Below are positions 8,273 through 18,067 of a stretch of 55,621 nucleotides of DNA, one piece after another. Positions within the stretch are counted from its first letter, which is position 1, and each line of letters opens with the position of its first letter. The translations under genes and the position numbers were made by a program. Location of the stretch: positions 1 to 55,621 of the forward strand of contig JAISTE010000170.1 of the NCBI GenBank assembly GCA_031272825.1, given 5' to 3'. The notes beneath the pieces were generated by a model that made no database searches, was not told the DNA's origin, and was given only the letters and a program-made list of their open reading frames with translations. This DNA is from Propionibacteriaceae bacterium. GTDB taxonomy: Bacteria; Actinomycetota; Actinomycetes; Propionibacteriales; Propionibacteriaceae.

Positions 8273-9691
8273 TCATGCCCCCAGGCGCATCCATTTGCTG
8301 CCCGCCGCGCGCACGCTCAGCGTCACCATGCGGCTTAGCATGAAGCCGCAATAGGCCAGCCACAGCCACGTGAGATCGGCCTGAAAGTGGGTCACCGCCC
8401 ATAGCAACGGCAGGTAGGAGACCAGGTTGATCACCTGGGCCAGCGCCAGGTAGCGGGCATCCCCGGCGCCGATGAGTACACCATCAAGCACGAACACCAC
8501 ACCGGAGACCGGCGTCACCAGCGCGAAGACGACGACCGTAGCTCGAACCAGCGCCTGCACGGCAGGGTCGGGGGTAAAGACCGGGGCGTAGAGCCCGCTG
8601 GCGGCCCACACGAGCAAGCCGACGGCCAAACCGATCGCCACCCCGTAGCCGAGCATCCGCTTCATCAACCGGCGCACGACGGCGCTCTCCCCCGCGCCCA
8701 GATACCTGCCGATCATGGCCTGGGCGGCGATGGCGACCGCGTCCATGGCATAGGTCATGAAAGACCACAGCGAGTTGAGCACCTGGTGCGCGGCAAGCGC
8801 GCTCGCCCCCATTCTCGCGGCGACGCCCGTGGTCAAGACAATGGCCGTGTTCAGCCCCAGTGAACGCAGGAACAGCCAGCCGCCGGTCTTCGCCTGGGCC
8901 AAGATGGCACCGGGATTTGGGCGGTAGCCGCGCAGCCAGTTTTCTTCGCCGTCCGGTCTTGTCGTCCCAGATTTCCCCATCTCGTCATCCCGCGCGCAGT
9001 TGCGAGACCTCCCCCAACGCCGGGACAAGATACTATTCGTCGCTTCGCCCGAAGACGCCAATACCCGCCAGACCAAGGCAACTGCGGCCAGGGTCTGAGC
9101 GCTGACCGTCCCGATGGCCGCCCCGGTGATTCCCAGCCGCAGGCCGAACACCAGCCCTAGGGTCAGGGCGATGTTGAGCAGGTTCATGGACACCGATACC
9201 ACCAGCGGAGTCTTGGTGTCTTGCAGGCCGCGCAGCACGCCCGTCGCCGAGAGCATCACGAGTGCTGCTGGCAGGCCCAAGGCTAACATCGACAAGTACA
9301 GGTGTGCGGCGGAGGCCACCGAAGCGTCTGGACGGTACAAGGAGATCAGCCACCCGGAACAAAGCTCCACAAACGCCAGCAAGGCGATGCCGATCAGCAA
9401 GCCAAGCACGATGCCGTCGAGGCCGCTGCGCAGCGCCGAGCTCCGCTTTCCGGCACCCAGCCGCCTGGCGACCTGGCCGGTGGTTCCGTAGGCCAGGAAG
9501 ATCGACAGCGACACCAATGTGGTGGAGATGTTCGCTCCCACGCCCAACCCGGCCAGGTCGGGAGTGGACAGGTGCCCGACGATGGCGGCGTCGGCCATGG
9601 TAAGCAGCGGCTCAGCCAGCAGCGTCGCCAGGGAGGGCAGCGCCAGCGCCAGGATCTCGCGATCCAGCGAACGCGCAGAGGGCTCGCTCAC
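8273..9691 (-). CDS. MATE-family (DinF-like) efflux transporter with internal insertion
   Basis: DREILALALP, AEPL...D..IVGHL, GVLRGLQDTKTP, DGVLIGAGD. Confidence 0.9.
   Translation of the reverse strand: MSEPSARSLDREILALALPSLATLLAEPLLTMADAAIVGHLSTPDLAGLGVGANISTTLVSLSIFLAYGTTGQVARRLGAGKRSSALRSGLDGIVLGLLIGIALLAFVELCSGWLISLYRPDASVASAAHLYLSMLALGLPAALVMLSATGVLRGLQDTKTPLVVSVSMNLLNIALTLGLVFGLRLGITGAAIGTVSAQTLAAVALVWRVLASSGEATNSILSRRWGRSRNCARDDEMGKSGTTRPDGEENWLRGYRPNPGAILAQAKTGGWLFLRSLGLNTAIVLTTGVAARMGASALAAHQVLNSLWSFMTYAMDAVAIAAQAMIGRYLGAGESAVVRRLMKRMLGYGVAIGLAVGLLVWAASGLYAPVFTPDPAVQALVRATVVVFALVTPVSGVVFVLDGVLIGAGDARYLALAQVINLVSYLPLLWAVTHFQADLTWLWLAYCGFMLSRMVTLSVRAAGSKWMRLGA
8981..9011 (+). repeat. 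CGTC-type repeat inside the MATE coding sequence
   Basis: CTCGTCATCCCGCGCGCAGTTGCGAGACCTC, 28/31 identical to the copy at 4970-5000. Confidence 0.85.
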
Positions 9692-10989
9692 GCCTCGGCG
9701 GTTCCCCGGCGCTGGGCGATGAACTTCATTAGGTGGTAGAACACCAGCGCCGCGATCGTGCCGACGGCCACGCCGCCGAACTGAATGCCGAACAGGGTGA
9801 CCGAAAGATCGGAGATGCCCATGATCAGGCCGATGGCCGCCGGGTAGAGGTTGACCGGGGAGGTGAAGTCCACCTTGGTCTCGACCCAGATGCGCGCGCC
9901 CAGCAGGCCGATCATGCCGTAGAGCACCACGCCGGCGCCGCCCAGCACCCCGGCGGGAACCGTGGAGATGGCCGCGCCGAAGGGAGCGATGAAGGACAGC
10001 ACGAGAGCGGTTCCGGCGGCCACCCAGTACAGGGCCGTCGAGTAGACCTTGGTGGCGGCCATCACGCCGATGTTCTCGGCATAGGTGGTGGTGCCGGAGC
10101 CGCCGCCCAAAGCGGCCACGGTCGTCGCCACGCCGTCGGCCAGCAGGGCCCGGCCCATCAGACGGTCGTAGTTCTTGCCCGTCATCAGCGCGACGGACTT
10201 CACGTGGCCGACGTTCTCAGCAATCAGCACCAGCACGACCGGCACGAACATGCCCAGGATGGAGATGTTGACGACCGGGTGAGAGAGCGGGGGAACCGAA
10301 ATCACCCCGTAGGTGTCTACATACTGGCCGATCGAAGCGAAGTCGACCTGGCCCTGGATGACGGCGGCGACGTAGCCGACCAGCACGCCCAAGATGATGG
10401 ACAGACGGCCGATGAGCCCGCGGAACAGCACGGTGATGAGGACGATGGCAATGATCGTCACCCAGCCGGTAATGTCGGCGGTTTGGCCGTTCTCGTACTG
10501 GGTTTGGAAGTTGTTTTTGGCCGCGACCGCGAGGTTGAAGCCGATGATCATGATGATGGTGCCGGTCATGGCAGGCGGCATCAGCCGGTCAATCCAATCG
10601 GGCCCGGCGAAGTGCACCACCGCCCCGACGACGGCCAGCGTCAGCCCGGCGACCATCACCCCAAACAGTGCGACGCCCATGCCTCCGTTTGCCATTCCCA
10701 TCGCTGCCGTAATCGGCGAGATGAATGCGAACGACGAGCCCAGGTAGGACGGCAGCTTGTTACCGGTAATCAGCAGGAAGATGATCGTGCCCAGCCCCGA
10801 GAACATCAGCGTCGTAGGAACCGGAAAACCGGTGAGCAGCGGAACCAGGAACGTCGCGCCGAACATGGCCACCACGTGCTGCATTCCCATGCCGATCATG
10901 CGTCCCCAGGTCAGGCGTTCGTCTGGATTGACGACCTCCCCGGGCTTGATGTGTTTCCCGTCACCGTGAAGTTTCCAGGGCAGTGCCAT
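9688..10989 (-). CDS. NCS2 nucleobase (uracil/xanthine) permease
   Basis: QHVVAMFGAT, YLGSSFAF, TTTYAENIGV signature. Confidence 0.92.
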   Translation of the reverse strand: MALPWKLHGDGKHIKPGEVVNPDERLTWGRMIGMGMQHVVAMFGATFLVPLLTGFPVPTTLMFSGLGTIIFLLITGNKLPSYLGSSFAFISPITAAMGMANGGMGVALFGVMVAGLTLAVVGAVVHFAGPDWIDRLMPPAMTGTIIMIIGFNLAVAAKNNFQTQYENGQTADITGWVTIIAIVLITVLFRGLIGRLSIILGVLVGYVAAVIQGQVDFASIGQYVDTYGVISVPPLSHPVVNISILGMFVPVVLVLIAENVGHVKSVALMTGKNYDRLMGRALLADGVATTVAALGGGSGTTTYAENIGVMAATKVYSTALYWVAAGTALVLSFIAPFGAAISTVPAGVLGGAGVVLYGMIGLLGARIWVETKVDFTSPVNLYPAAIGLIMGISDLSVTLFGIQFGGVAVGTIAALVFYHLMKFIAQRRGTAEA

Positions 10990-11138
10990 TTCAATCCTTT
11001 CGCTGGGCCTGGAAAACCATAGACCCAAATCGAGCCAAAGCGCGCTAAGCGACTCGCCGTGAGACGTCGAAACCTAGCGAGCAGTCACACTTGTATACGG
11101 CGCAGTTACCGAACCGAGGACACCCGCAAATCCAAGCG

Positions 11139-12863
11139 TTATACCCACCCGGGCAGCCAGATTCTCAACTGCCATGCGGCGCGGGTGAGCAGGCCGTCGG
11201 AGACTATGGGGTAGATGAACGCGAAGTCGGCGACGATCAACGCAACCAGGGCCGTCACCAATAGCCCGTTGCGGAAGCGGTGTTTGGAGTTCTTCGCCCC
11301 CAAGGCCAACCCCAGACACATGGCTAGGCCGGTGGCCATGAAGGGGATAAAGCAGATCGAGTAGAAGTAGAAGGTCGGGCGGCCCATGTACTGCACCCAG
11401 GGCAGCCACATGGCCAAGGTTCCGATTACCGGAAGGCCGAAGCGCCAGTCGCGGTCACCGATCCACCACACCACGCACACGACCAGCGCGATGGTCGCCG
11501 CCCACCACAGGATCGGCGTCCCCATGCCGTTGATCACGCGCAGGCAGTCTGAGGTGGCGTCGGCCGGGCAGCCGTCGGTTCCGGGTTTGATGCCGTTGAT
11601 CGCGTCCATCGCCGTGGGACGGATGACGAAGAACCACGAGAACGGATTCGACTCGTAGGAGTGGGTGGCCTCCTGCATCATGTACTTTCCGGTGTGAAAC
11701 TCGTACGCCTGGATGTGATATTTCACCCATCCGGCGATGTCCGGCCCGACGGCCTTAGTTATCGGATCCGCCGGGTTTTGGTATCCCCACTGGCGGTCAT
11801 ATCCGCCTGAGGTTAGGAACCATCCCGTCCAGGAGGCGACATACACACCCGCCGCGACGACGACCATGCGCACGAACGCCGGAATGCCGTCTTTGATGAT
11901 GGCCAGGAAAGACTTCCACTCGGCCCCGGCTAGGCGTCTGGCCATGCAGTCCCACCACACAGAGAGGATTCCCATGGCCGCGAGCAGGTAGACCGAGTTC
12001 CACTTGACCGCGATCGCGCAGCCGAACATGACGCCGGCGGCCAGCCGCCAGGGCCGCAGCCAGATGTACGGGCCGAACTCTCCGCCGAAGTCGGGAAGGT
12101 TCGCGGCCTCCAGTTTTCTAGCGAGCCGCTCGCGGTAGTAGTCGCGGTCGGCCAGGCAGCAGCACACGGCGGCGATCAGGAAGGTGGCCTGGAAGATGTC
12201 GAGCAGCGCCACCCGGCTCATGGTAAAGGCCAGGCCATCGACGGTGATGAACAGGCCCGCGAGCGCGCCCACCAGCGTCGATCTGGAAAGACGCCGCGCC
12301 ATGCGGATGGTGAAGAACACCAGCAGCGCGCCGAACACGCACGCGGAGATACGCCAGCCGAAAGAATTCATGCCGAAAATCTGCTCGCCCAACCCGATCA
12401 GCCACTTGCCAAGCGGCGGATGGACGACGTACTCGGCTGCCGTCTGGTAGTCGTTTACCTGCCCTTGGATGATCAAATCGTTGACCGGAAGCTCCTGGCC
12501 AACTTCCTGGGCGGCAAAGTTATAGCCGCTCTGGGCCACAGCCGTCTTGGGCCATTCCCCCTCGTATCCCAGGTGGATGAGCGTCCAGCCGTCCTTGGCG
12601 TAGTACGTCTCATCGAAGATCAAACGGTTGGGGAATGCCAGGTTTACAAGGCGAATCACAAAGGCAAACAGGGTGATGACGATGGTGATGAGCCAGGCGT
12701 TGAGCTTATCGGTCGGCCGGAACGCGCGCAGGCGCTGGATGGTGGTCAGATCGTCGAACTCGCGGTGATCGGGCGGGGTGAAGGGCGCGTCGTCCTCATC
12801 GATGCCCGTCGGCAGGTTTTGCTCTACGACGTCCAGCGCAGTTTCACTCACGCGTCCCATCAT
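11139..12863 (-). CDS. pmt: Polyprenyl-phosphate-mannose protein O-mannosyltransferase (GT39)
   Basis: FDETYY, VHPPLGKW, FGWR, KWNS motifs; divergent from rsmI; start 12863 or 12851. Confidence 0.88.
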   Translation of the reverse strand: MMGRVSETALDVVEQNLPTGIDEDDAPFTPPDHREFDDLTTIQRLRAFRPTDKLNAWLITIVITLFAFVIRLVNLAFPNRLIFDETYYAKDGWTLIHLGYEGEWPKTAVAQSGYNFAAQEVGQELPVNDLIIQGQVNDYQTAAEYVVHPPLGKWLIGLGEQIFGMNSFGWRISACVFGALLVFFTIRMARRLSRSTLVGALAGLFITVDGLAFTMSRVALLDIFQATFLIAAVCCCLADRDYYRERLARKLEAANLPDFGGEFGPYIWLRPWRLAAGVMFGCAIAVKWNSVYLLAAMGILSVWWDCMARRLAGAEWKSFLAIIKDGIPAFVRMVVVAAGVYVASWTGWFLTSGGYDRQWGYQNPADPITKAVGPDIAGWVKYHIQAYEFHTGKYMMQEATHSYESNPFSWFFVIRPTAMDAINGIKPGTDGCPADATSDCLRVINGMGTPILWWAATIALVVCVVWWIGDRDWRFGLPVIGTLAMWLPWVQYMGRPTFYFYSICFIPFMATGLAMCLGLALGAKNSKHRFRNGLLVTALVALIVADFAFIYPIVSDGLLTRAAWQLRIWLPGWV

Positions 12864-12906
12864 AGGGGGCGGTGCTAACAACTCTCGCCCATCGTAGACT
12901 TCACCT

Positions 12907-13719
12907 ATGCCACTTCTGCTTGCCGGAACCCCGATCGGAAACCTCAAGGACGCCACCGACTCGCTGCGCGAGGCCCTAGCCGCGGCCGACGTCATCGCCG
13001 CCGAAGACACCCGGCGCACGCGCAATCTCATCACCGCCCTCGGGATCGACGCCCACGGAAAGATGGTTTCTTTCTTCGACGGGAACGAGGCCGAGCGGGT
13101 ACCCGAGCTGCTCGCCGAGCTGCAAGAGGGAAAGCTCGTGGTGGTGGTCTCCGATGCCGGGATGCCGACGGTCTCCGACCCTGGCTACCGGCTCATCCAC
13201 GCCGCCGCCGAGGCCGGAATCGAGGCCCACGTGGCACCCGGCCCTTCCGCGGTACTCACCGCTTTGGCCCTGTCTGGCCTGCCGACCGACCGCTTCGCCT
13301 TCGAAGGATTCCTGCCCTCCAAACCCCAAGCCAGACGCCAGCGTTTGGACACCTTGGCCGGAGAGCAAAGAACCTTGGTCTTCTTCGAATCCCCCCACCG
13401 GGTCGCCGAAACCCTGGCGGCCATGCGCGACTCCTTCGGGGCCTTGCGGCCAGCCTCCGTCTCGCGCGAACTCACCAAACTTCACGAGGAGACCAAACGG
13501 GGCACCTTGGAAGAGGTCGCGGCCTGGGCCGCCGAAGGGGCCAGGGGCGAATACACCATTGTGGTAGGCGGGGCCCGGGCAACCGAGGCCGACCCGGCGG
13601 CGGCGGTTGCCGAGGTGCGGGAATTGGTGACCCAGGGCGTCCCGCATTCGCAGGCCGCGGCCCAAGTCGCTCAGGCTACGGGGTTGAGCCGCAAAAAGCT
13701 CTACAATGCGACGCTCTAA
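12907..13719 (+). CDS. rsmI: 16S rRNA C1402 2'-O-methyltransferase
   Basis: TPIGN, AEDTR, SDAGMP.VSDPG, FESPHR, RELTKLHEE. Confidence 0.95.
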   Translation: MPLLLAGTPIGNLKDATDSLREALAAADVIAAEDTRRTRNLITALGIDAHGKMVSFFDGNEAERVPELLAELQEGKLVVVVSDAGMPTVSDPGYRLIHAAAEAGIEAHVAPGPSAVLTALALSGLPTDRFAFEGFLPSKPQARRQRLDTLAGEQRTLVFFESPHRVAETLAAMRDSFGALRPASVSRELTKLHEETKRGTLEEVAAWAAEGARGEYTIVVGGARATEADPAAAVAEVRELVTQGVPHSQAAAQVAQATGLSRKKLYNATL

Positions 13720-13738
13720 ATGCCCAGGGGTTAAACAA

Positions 13739-13768
13739 ATCGAGGGGCCGACGAACCGGCCCCTCGAT
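13739..13768. terminator. Hairpin between convergent rsmI and mutB
   Basis: ATCGAGGGGCCG...CGGCCCCTCGAT perfect stem. Confidence 0.8.
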
Positions 13769-13776
13769 GTGAAGTG

Positions 13777-15969
13777 TTACTCCGTGACTTCCGGAAGATG
13801 GTCGAGCAGCTTCTCCAGCAGCTCGATCGCGGAGGTCGGGATGACCGTGCCGGGCGGGTAGATCGCGTCGGCACCGTCTTTGCGAAGCTCGTCGAAGTCC
13901 TGCGGCGGGATAACGCCGCCGACCACGATCATGATGTCGGGACGACCGAGCTTGTCCAGCTCCTTGCGCAGCTCGGGCACCAAGGTGAGGTGTCCGGCGG
14001 CTAGAGAGGAGACGCCCACCACGTGCACGTCGTTCTCGACGGCCTCGCGTGCGGCTTCCTCCGGGGTCTGGAACAGCGGGCCGACGTCGACCGTGAAGCC
14101 CATGTCAGCGAAGGCCGTAGCGACGACCTTCTGGCCGCGGTCGTGGCCGTCCTGGCCGAGCTTCGCGATCAGGATGCGCGGACGGCGTCCTGCCTTAGCC
14201 TCGAACTCCTTGACCAGCTTGCGGGCCTCTTCCAGATCCTGGCCCCCGCCAAACTCAGTGTTATACACACCGGAGATTGTATGGATTTGGGCCTGGTAGC
14301 GTCCAAAAACCTTCTCCAGGGCGTCGGAGATCTCGCCGACAGTCGCCATATCGCGGGCCGCGTCCACCGAGAGCTTGAGCAAGTTGCGATCCGGATCGGA
14401 AGGATCGGGGTTCGCAGCGGCCCAGGTCAGCTTCTCCAAGGAGGCCTGCACCTTGTCGTTGTCGCGCTCGGCGCGCAGCTTCTGCAGCTTGGCGATCTGC
14501 TCTTCGCGAACCTTGGCATTATCGACCTTGAGAACCTCCGGAACCGGGTCGTTCTCGACGGTGTACTTGTTCACGCCGATCAGCGGCTGCTGGCCCGAAT
14601 CGATGCGCGCCTGCGTGCGGGCGGCGGCCTCTTCGATGCGCATCTTCGGGATGCCCTTCTCAATGGCCTTCGCCATGCCGCCAGCGGCTTCGACTTCCTG
14701 GATGTGCTCCCAGGCCTTGGCCGCGAGCTCGTAGGTGAGCTTCTCGACATAGGCCGAGCCCGCCCACGGATCGACGGAGCGCGTCGTGCCGGATTCTTGC
14801 TGCAAGAACAGCTGGGTGTTGCGCGCGATGCGGGCCGAGAAGTCGGTCGGCAAGGCGATGGCCTCGTCCAGCGAGTTGGTGTGCAGCGACTGCGTGTGCC
14901 CCTGGGTGGCGGCCATGGCCTCCAGGCAGGTGCGGGCCACGTTGTTGTAGACGTCCTGGGCGGTCAGCGACCAGCCGGAGGTCTGCGAGTGGGTGCGCAG
15001 CGACATCGACTTCGGGTTCTGCGGGTTGAACTGCTTGACCAGCTTGGCCCACAGCAGGCGGGCGGCGCGGAACTTGGCGACCTCCATGAAGAAGTTCATG
15101 GAAACACCCCAGAAGAAGGACAGACGCGGCGCGAACTGATCCACCTTCAGGCCCACGGACTCACCGGCGCGAATGTACTCGACGCCGTCGGCCAGGGTGT
15201 ACGCCATCTCAATGTCGGCCGTCGCACCGGCTTCCTGCATGTGGTAGCCGGAGATGGAGATCGAGTTGTACTTCGGCATGTTGGCCGAGGTGTACGCGAA
15301 GATCTCGGAGACGATCCGCATCGACGGAGCCGGCGGGTAGATGTACGTGTTGCGCACCATGAACTCTTTGAGAATGTCGTTCTGGATGGTGCCGTTGAGC
15401 TGCTCGGGCTTCACGCCCTGTTCCTCGGCCGCCACGATGTAGAGGGCGAGGATCGGCAGCACCGCGCCGTTCATGGTCATGGACACGGACATCTGGTCGA
15501 GCGGGATGCCGTCGAACAGCTGGCGCATGTCGTAGATGGAGTCGATCGCCACACCTGCCATGCCGACGTCGCCCGCAACGCGCGGGTTGTCGGAGTCATA
15601 GCCGCGGTGGGTGGCAAGGTCGAACGCCACGGACAAGCCCTTTTGACCGGCTGCGAGGTTGCGGCGGTAGAAGGCGTTGGATTCCTCGGCGGTGGAGAAC
15701 CCGGCGTACTGGCGAATCGTCCAGGGGCGCTGGGTGTACATCGTCGCGTACGGGCCACGCAGGAACGGCGGGATGCCCGGGTAGGTGTGGAGGAAGTCCA
15801 CATCAGCCAGGTCGGACAGCTGGTACAGCGGCGGCACCAAGATGTGCTCGGGCGTCTCCCAGCCAGCCGAATAATCGCGCATGGCACCGGTCAGGGCCGC
15901 GTACTCGTTGCTGGCATCACCTGGGATGTCGGCGCTGAGCGGCACGTCAGAAAAAGTTGGGATGCTCAT
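13777..15969 (-). CDS. mutB: Methylmalonyl-CoA mutase large (B12-binding) subunit
   Basis: [31 protein letters not shown] cobalamin motif. Confidence 0.96.
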   Translation of the reverse strand: MSIPTFSDVPLSADIPGDASNEYAALTGAMRDYSAGWETPEHILVPPLYQLSDLADVDFLHTYPGIPPFLRGPYATMYTQRPWTIRQYAGFSTAEESNAFYRRNLAAGQKGLSVAFDLATHRGYDSDNPRVAGDVGMAGVAIDSIYDMRQLFDGIPLDQMSVSMTMNGAVLPILALYIVAAEEQGVKPEQLNGTIQNDILKEFMVRNTYIYPPAPSMRIVSEIFAYTSANMPKYNSISISGYHMQEAGATADIEMAYTLADGVEYIRAGESVGLKVDQFAPRLSFFWGVSMNFFMEVAKFRAARLLWAKLVKQFNPQNPKSMSLRTHSQTSGWSLTAQDVYNNVARTCLEAMAATQGHTQSLHTNSLDEAIALPTDFSARIARNTQLFLQQESGTTRSVDPWAGSAYVEKLTYELAAKAWEHIQEVEAAGGMAKAIEKGIPKMRIEEAAARTQARIDSGQQPLIGVNKYTVENDPVPEVLKVDNAKVREEQIAKLQKLRAERDNDKVQASLEKLTWAAANPDPSDPDRNLLKLSVDAARDMATVGEISDALEKVFGRYQAQIHTISGVYNTEFGGGQDLEEARKLVKEFEAKAGRRPRILIAKLGQDGHDRGQKVVATAFADMGFTVDVGPLFQTPEEAAREAVENDVHVVGVSSLAAGHLTLVPELRKELDKLGRPDIMIVVGGVIPPQDFDELRKDGADAIYPPGTVIPTSAIELLEKLLDHLPEVTE

Positions 15970-17813
15970 TTCGCGGCTCCAATCTTGTCAAGAGCTTCGG
16001 TGAGGAAGGCGACCACATCCATCCCGGCGAACACGGTTCCGTCGATGACCTTGGCGGCCTCGTCCTCGTTGCCGGTCTCCTTCAGAGCCCCGGCCAGATA
16101 TACGGTCTCGACTCCGGCGGCCTTGAGCGCCGCGGCGACCTCGATGGCCTGCTCGGCGTAGACCTTGGCCGACGAGGCGAGCACCACGAACTTGTGGCCC
16201 TTGGCCTGCTCGACGATCTCAGCAGCGGTTCCGCCCTCGGAGGAGGGAACCTGAATACCGGCGACGGCCAGCAGCGGCTTCGTGAAACCCTCGCGTCCGC
16301 CGAAGTCACGGCGGGTGCCCAGGCAAGCCAGGAAGACTTCCGGCTTGGGATCAGAGGCGTTGGCGCGGTCGCGCAGGGCCTCGAAGACCTCGGAATCGCG
16401 AACCATCTTCATTCCGGAACGCTCGGGAGCGGCCGGACGCGGGCGGACGTCGATCTCGACTTCCTCGTCGCGCGGGAACATGGAGACGCCGGTGATCGGC
16501 TGCTTGCGGGTGGCCAGCTGCTTGTCGCGGGCTGCGCGCACCTCGCCGATGATCTGCTCGATATAGCCGGAGGTAAGCGCCTGAGCCATGCCGCCCTTGG
16601 ACTCGATGTCCTGGAACAGCTCCCAGGCCTTGTTGGCCAGCTGATCGGTGAGATCTTCGAACACCCAAGCGCCGCCGGCAGGATCGTTGACCCGGCCGAG
16701 GTTGGACTCTTCGGCAGCCAGCAGCTGGACGTTGCGGGCCAGGCGACGGGAGAAGTCGGTGGGCAGGCCGTGGATCTCGTCGAACGGCAGCACGGTGATC
16801 TGCTCGGCGCCGCCGACCGCCGCCGAGAAGGTGGCGATGGTGTTGCGCAGCAGGTTGACGTGCGGGTCGTCGCGCGTGAGCATCCGGTAGGACGTGACCG
16901 CGTGCTGGATCGCGCCGCGGGCCTGAGCGGGAACCCCGGCGACCTCGCCGATGCGAGCCCAGATGCGGCGGAACGCGCGCAGGCGGGAGATCGAGAGGAA
17001 CTCGTCGGCGTTCACGCTGACGCGGAACTCGATCTGGCGGAAGGCGTCGGCAGGTGCGACACCTGCGGCCTCAAGGTCGCGCAGGTAGGCAAGACCGGTC
17101 GCAGCCGCGAAAGCGAGCTGCTGGACGTCGCCCGCACCGAAGTTGTCGTAGGGCCTTACGTCGACCGTCAGGGCTTTGACGCCGGGAAGCTCCGCGAGCG
17201 CCACCTTGACCCATTCGGCCTGGGCGCCAAGATCGGGCTTGGTGCCGTTGATGGCGGCGAAGGCGATGGCGTCGAGACCGAGGTTGCCCTTGACTGCGGT
17301 GGTTCCTGCGGACTTCCAGAAGGAGGCGAGGGCCTTGGCAGCCGCCACCTGGTCGTCCCAGGAAGTGACGGCGATCGGGGCGAGCTCGGGCTTGACCCCA
17401 GCAAGCGCGTCGGCCAGGGATTCGACGGCGATGGCGTCAGATCCGAGCCGCAGCCACAGCGAGGTGGCGCCGCGGCCGAGGTCGGCCAGCACCTGCTCGT
17501 TGGTGAACTTGACGTCGGGATCTTCGTGCAGGGCGCGGACGTCCCAGGCGTCCATCTCCCCCACCTTGATGGTCGCCCCGCGTGTGTAAGGCGCGATCCC
17601 CGGGTAGCCCAGCTCGCCGTCGTGCTCCGTGTAAAGCGGGTCGATCTTGACGCCGTCAACCGTGAGCGACGTCAGGCGTTTGTAGGCTTGTTCGATGGTG
17701 ATTTCTTTGCCTTCGGGACGGCCACGGTTCAGTACCTTCAGTACTTCCGACTCCCACTGTTCATGGGTCGGCGTGGCAAAATCCCCGGCAAGCTTCAATG
17801 GCGTGTCGGTCAT
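15966..17813 (-). CDS. mutA: Methylmalonyl-CoA mutase small subunit
   Basis: [29 protein letters not shown]; ATGA overlap with mutB. Confidence 0.93.
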   Translation of the reverse strand: MTDTPLKLAGDFATPTHEQWESEVLKVLNRGRPEGKEITIEQAYKRLTSLTVDGVKIDPLYTEHDGELGYPGIAPYTRGATIKVGEMDAWDVRALHEDPDVKFTNEQVLADLGRGATSLWLRLGSDAIAVESLADALAGVKPELAPIAVTSWDDQVAAAKALASFWKSAGTTAVKGNLGLDAIAFAAINGTKPDLGAQAEWVKVALAELPGVKALTVDVRPYDNFGAGDVQQLAFAAATGLAYLRDLEAAGVAPADAFRQIEFRVSVNADEFLSISRLRAFRRIWARIGEVAGVPAQARGAIQHAVTSYRMLTRDDPHVNLLRNTIATFSAAVGGAEQITVLPFDEIHGLPTDFSRRLARNVQLLAAEESNLGRVNDPAGGAWVFEDLTDQLANKAWELFQDIESKGGMAQALTSGYIEQIIGEVRAARDKQLATRKQPITGVSMFPRDEEVEIDVRPRPAAPERSGMKMVRDSEVFEALRDRANASDPKPEVFLACLGTRRDFGGREGFTKPLLAVAGIQVPSSEGGTAAEIVEQAKGHKFVVLASSAKVYAEQAIEVAAALKAAGVETVYLAGALKETGNEDEAAKVIDGTVFAGMDVVAFLTEALDKIGAAK

Positions 17814-18067
17814 ACGCCTTACCCTACAACTCAGTCAAGCGAGATGCCTACTCAGCGTAAGTTGAGCGATACGGCCCTACCCCGGGTTCGAACCCCTCCG
17901 TCACAACCCGCACCCATACTTTCGACCTAGCGCCAAATTGGTTTTACCGGGCGGTTGATTTCTCGGTTTCTTGCGTGGCTTGCCAACTTATCCCAGCTTG
18001 TCGGGTTGGGGAAACGGCCTGTGTGAGACGTTTTACTCACCCTTGTCCTATTGGGTAGCGTTGGGTT

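Noticed and set aside
14023-17930. Long antisense ORFs over mutAB (similar ones over sdhA, ffh, smc, NCS2)
   Set aside because: Shadow frames caused by high-GC codon bias opposite well-supported genes
17814-18067. Cobalamin riboswitch upstream of mutA
   Set aside because: No B12-box or GCCACUG/GGGAAG elements found in the expected arrangement
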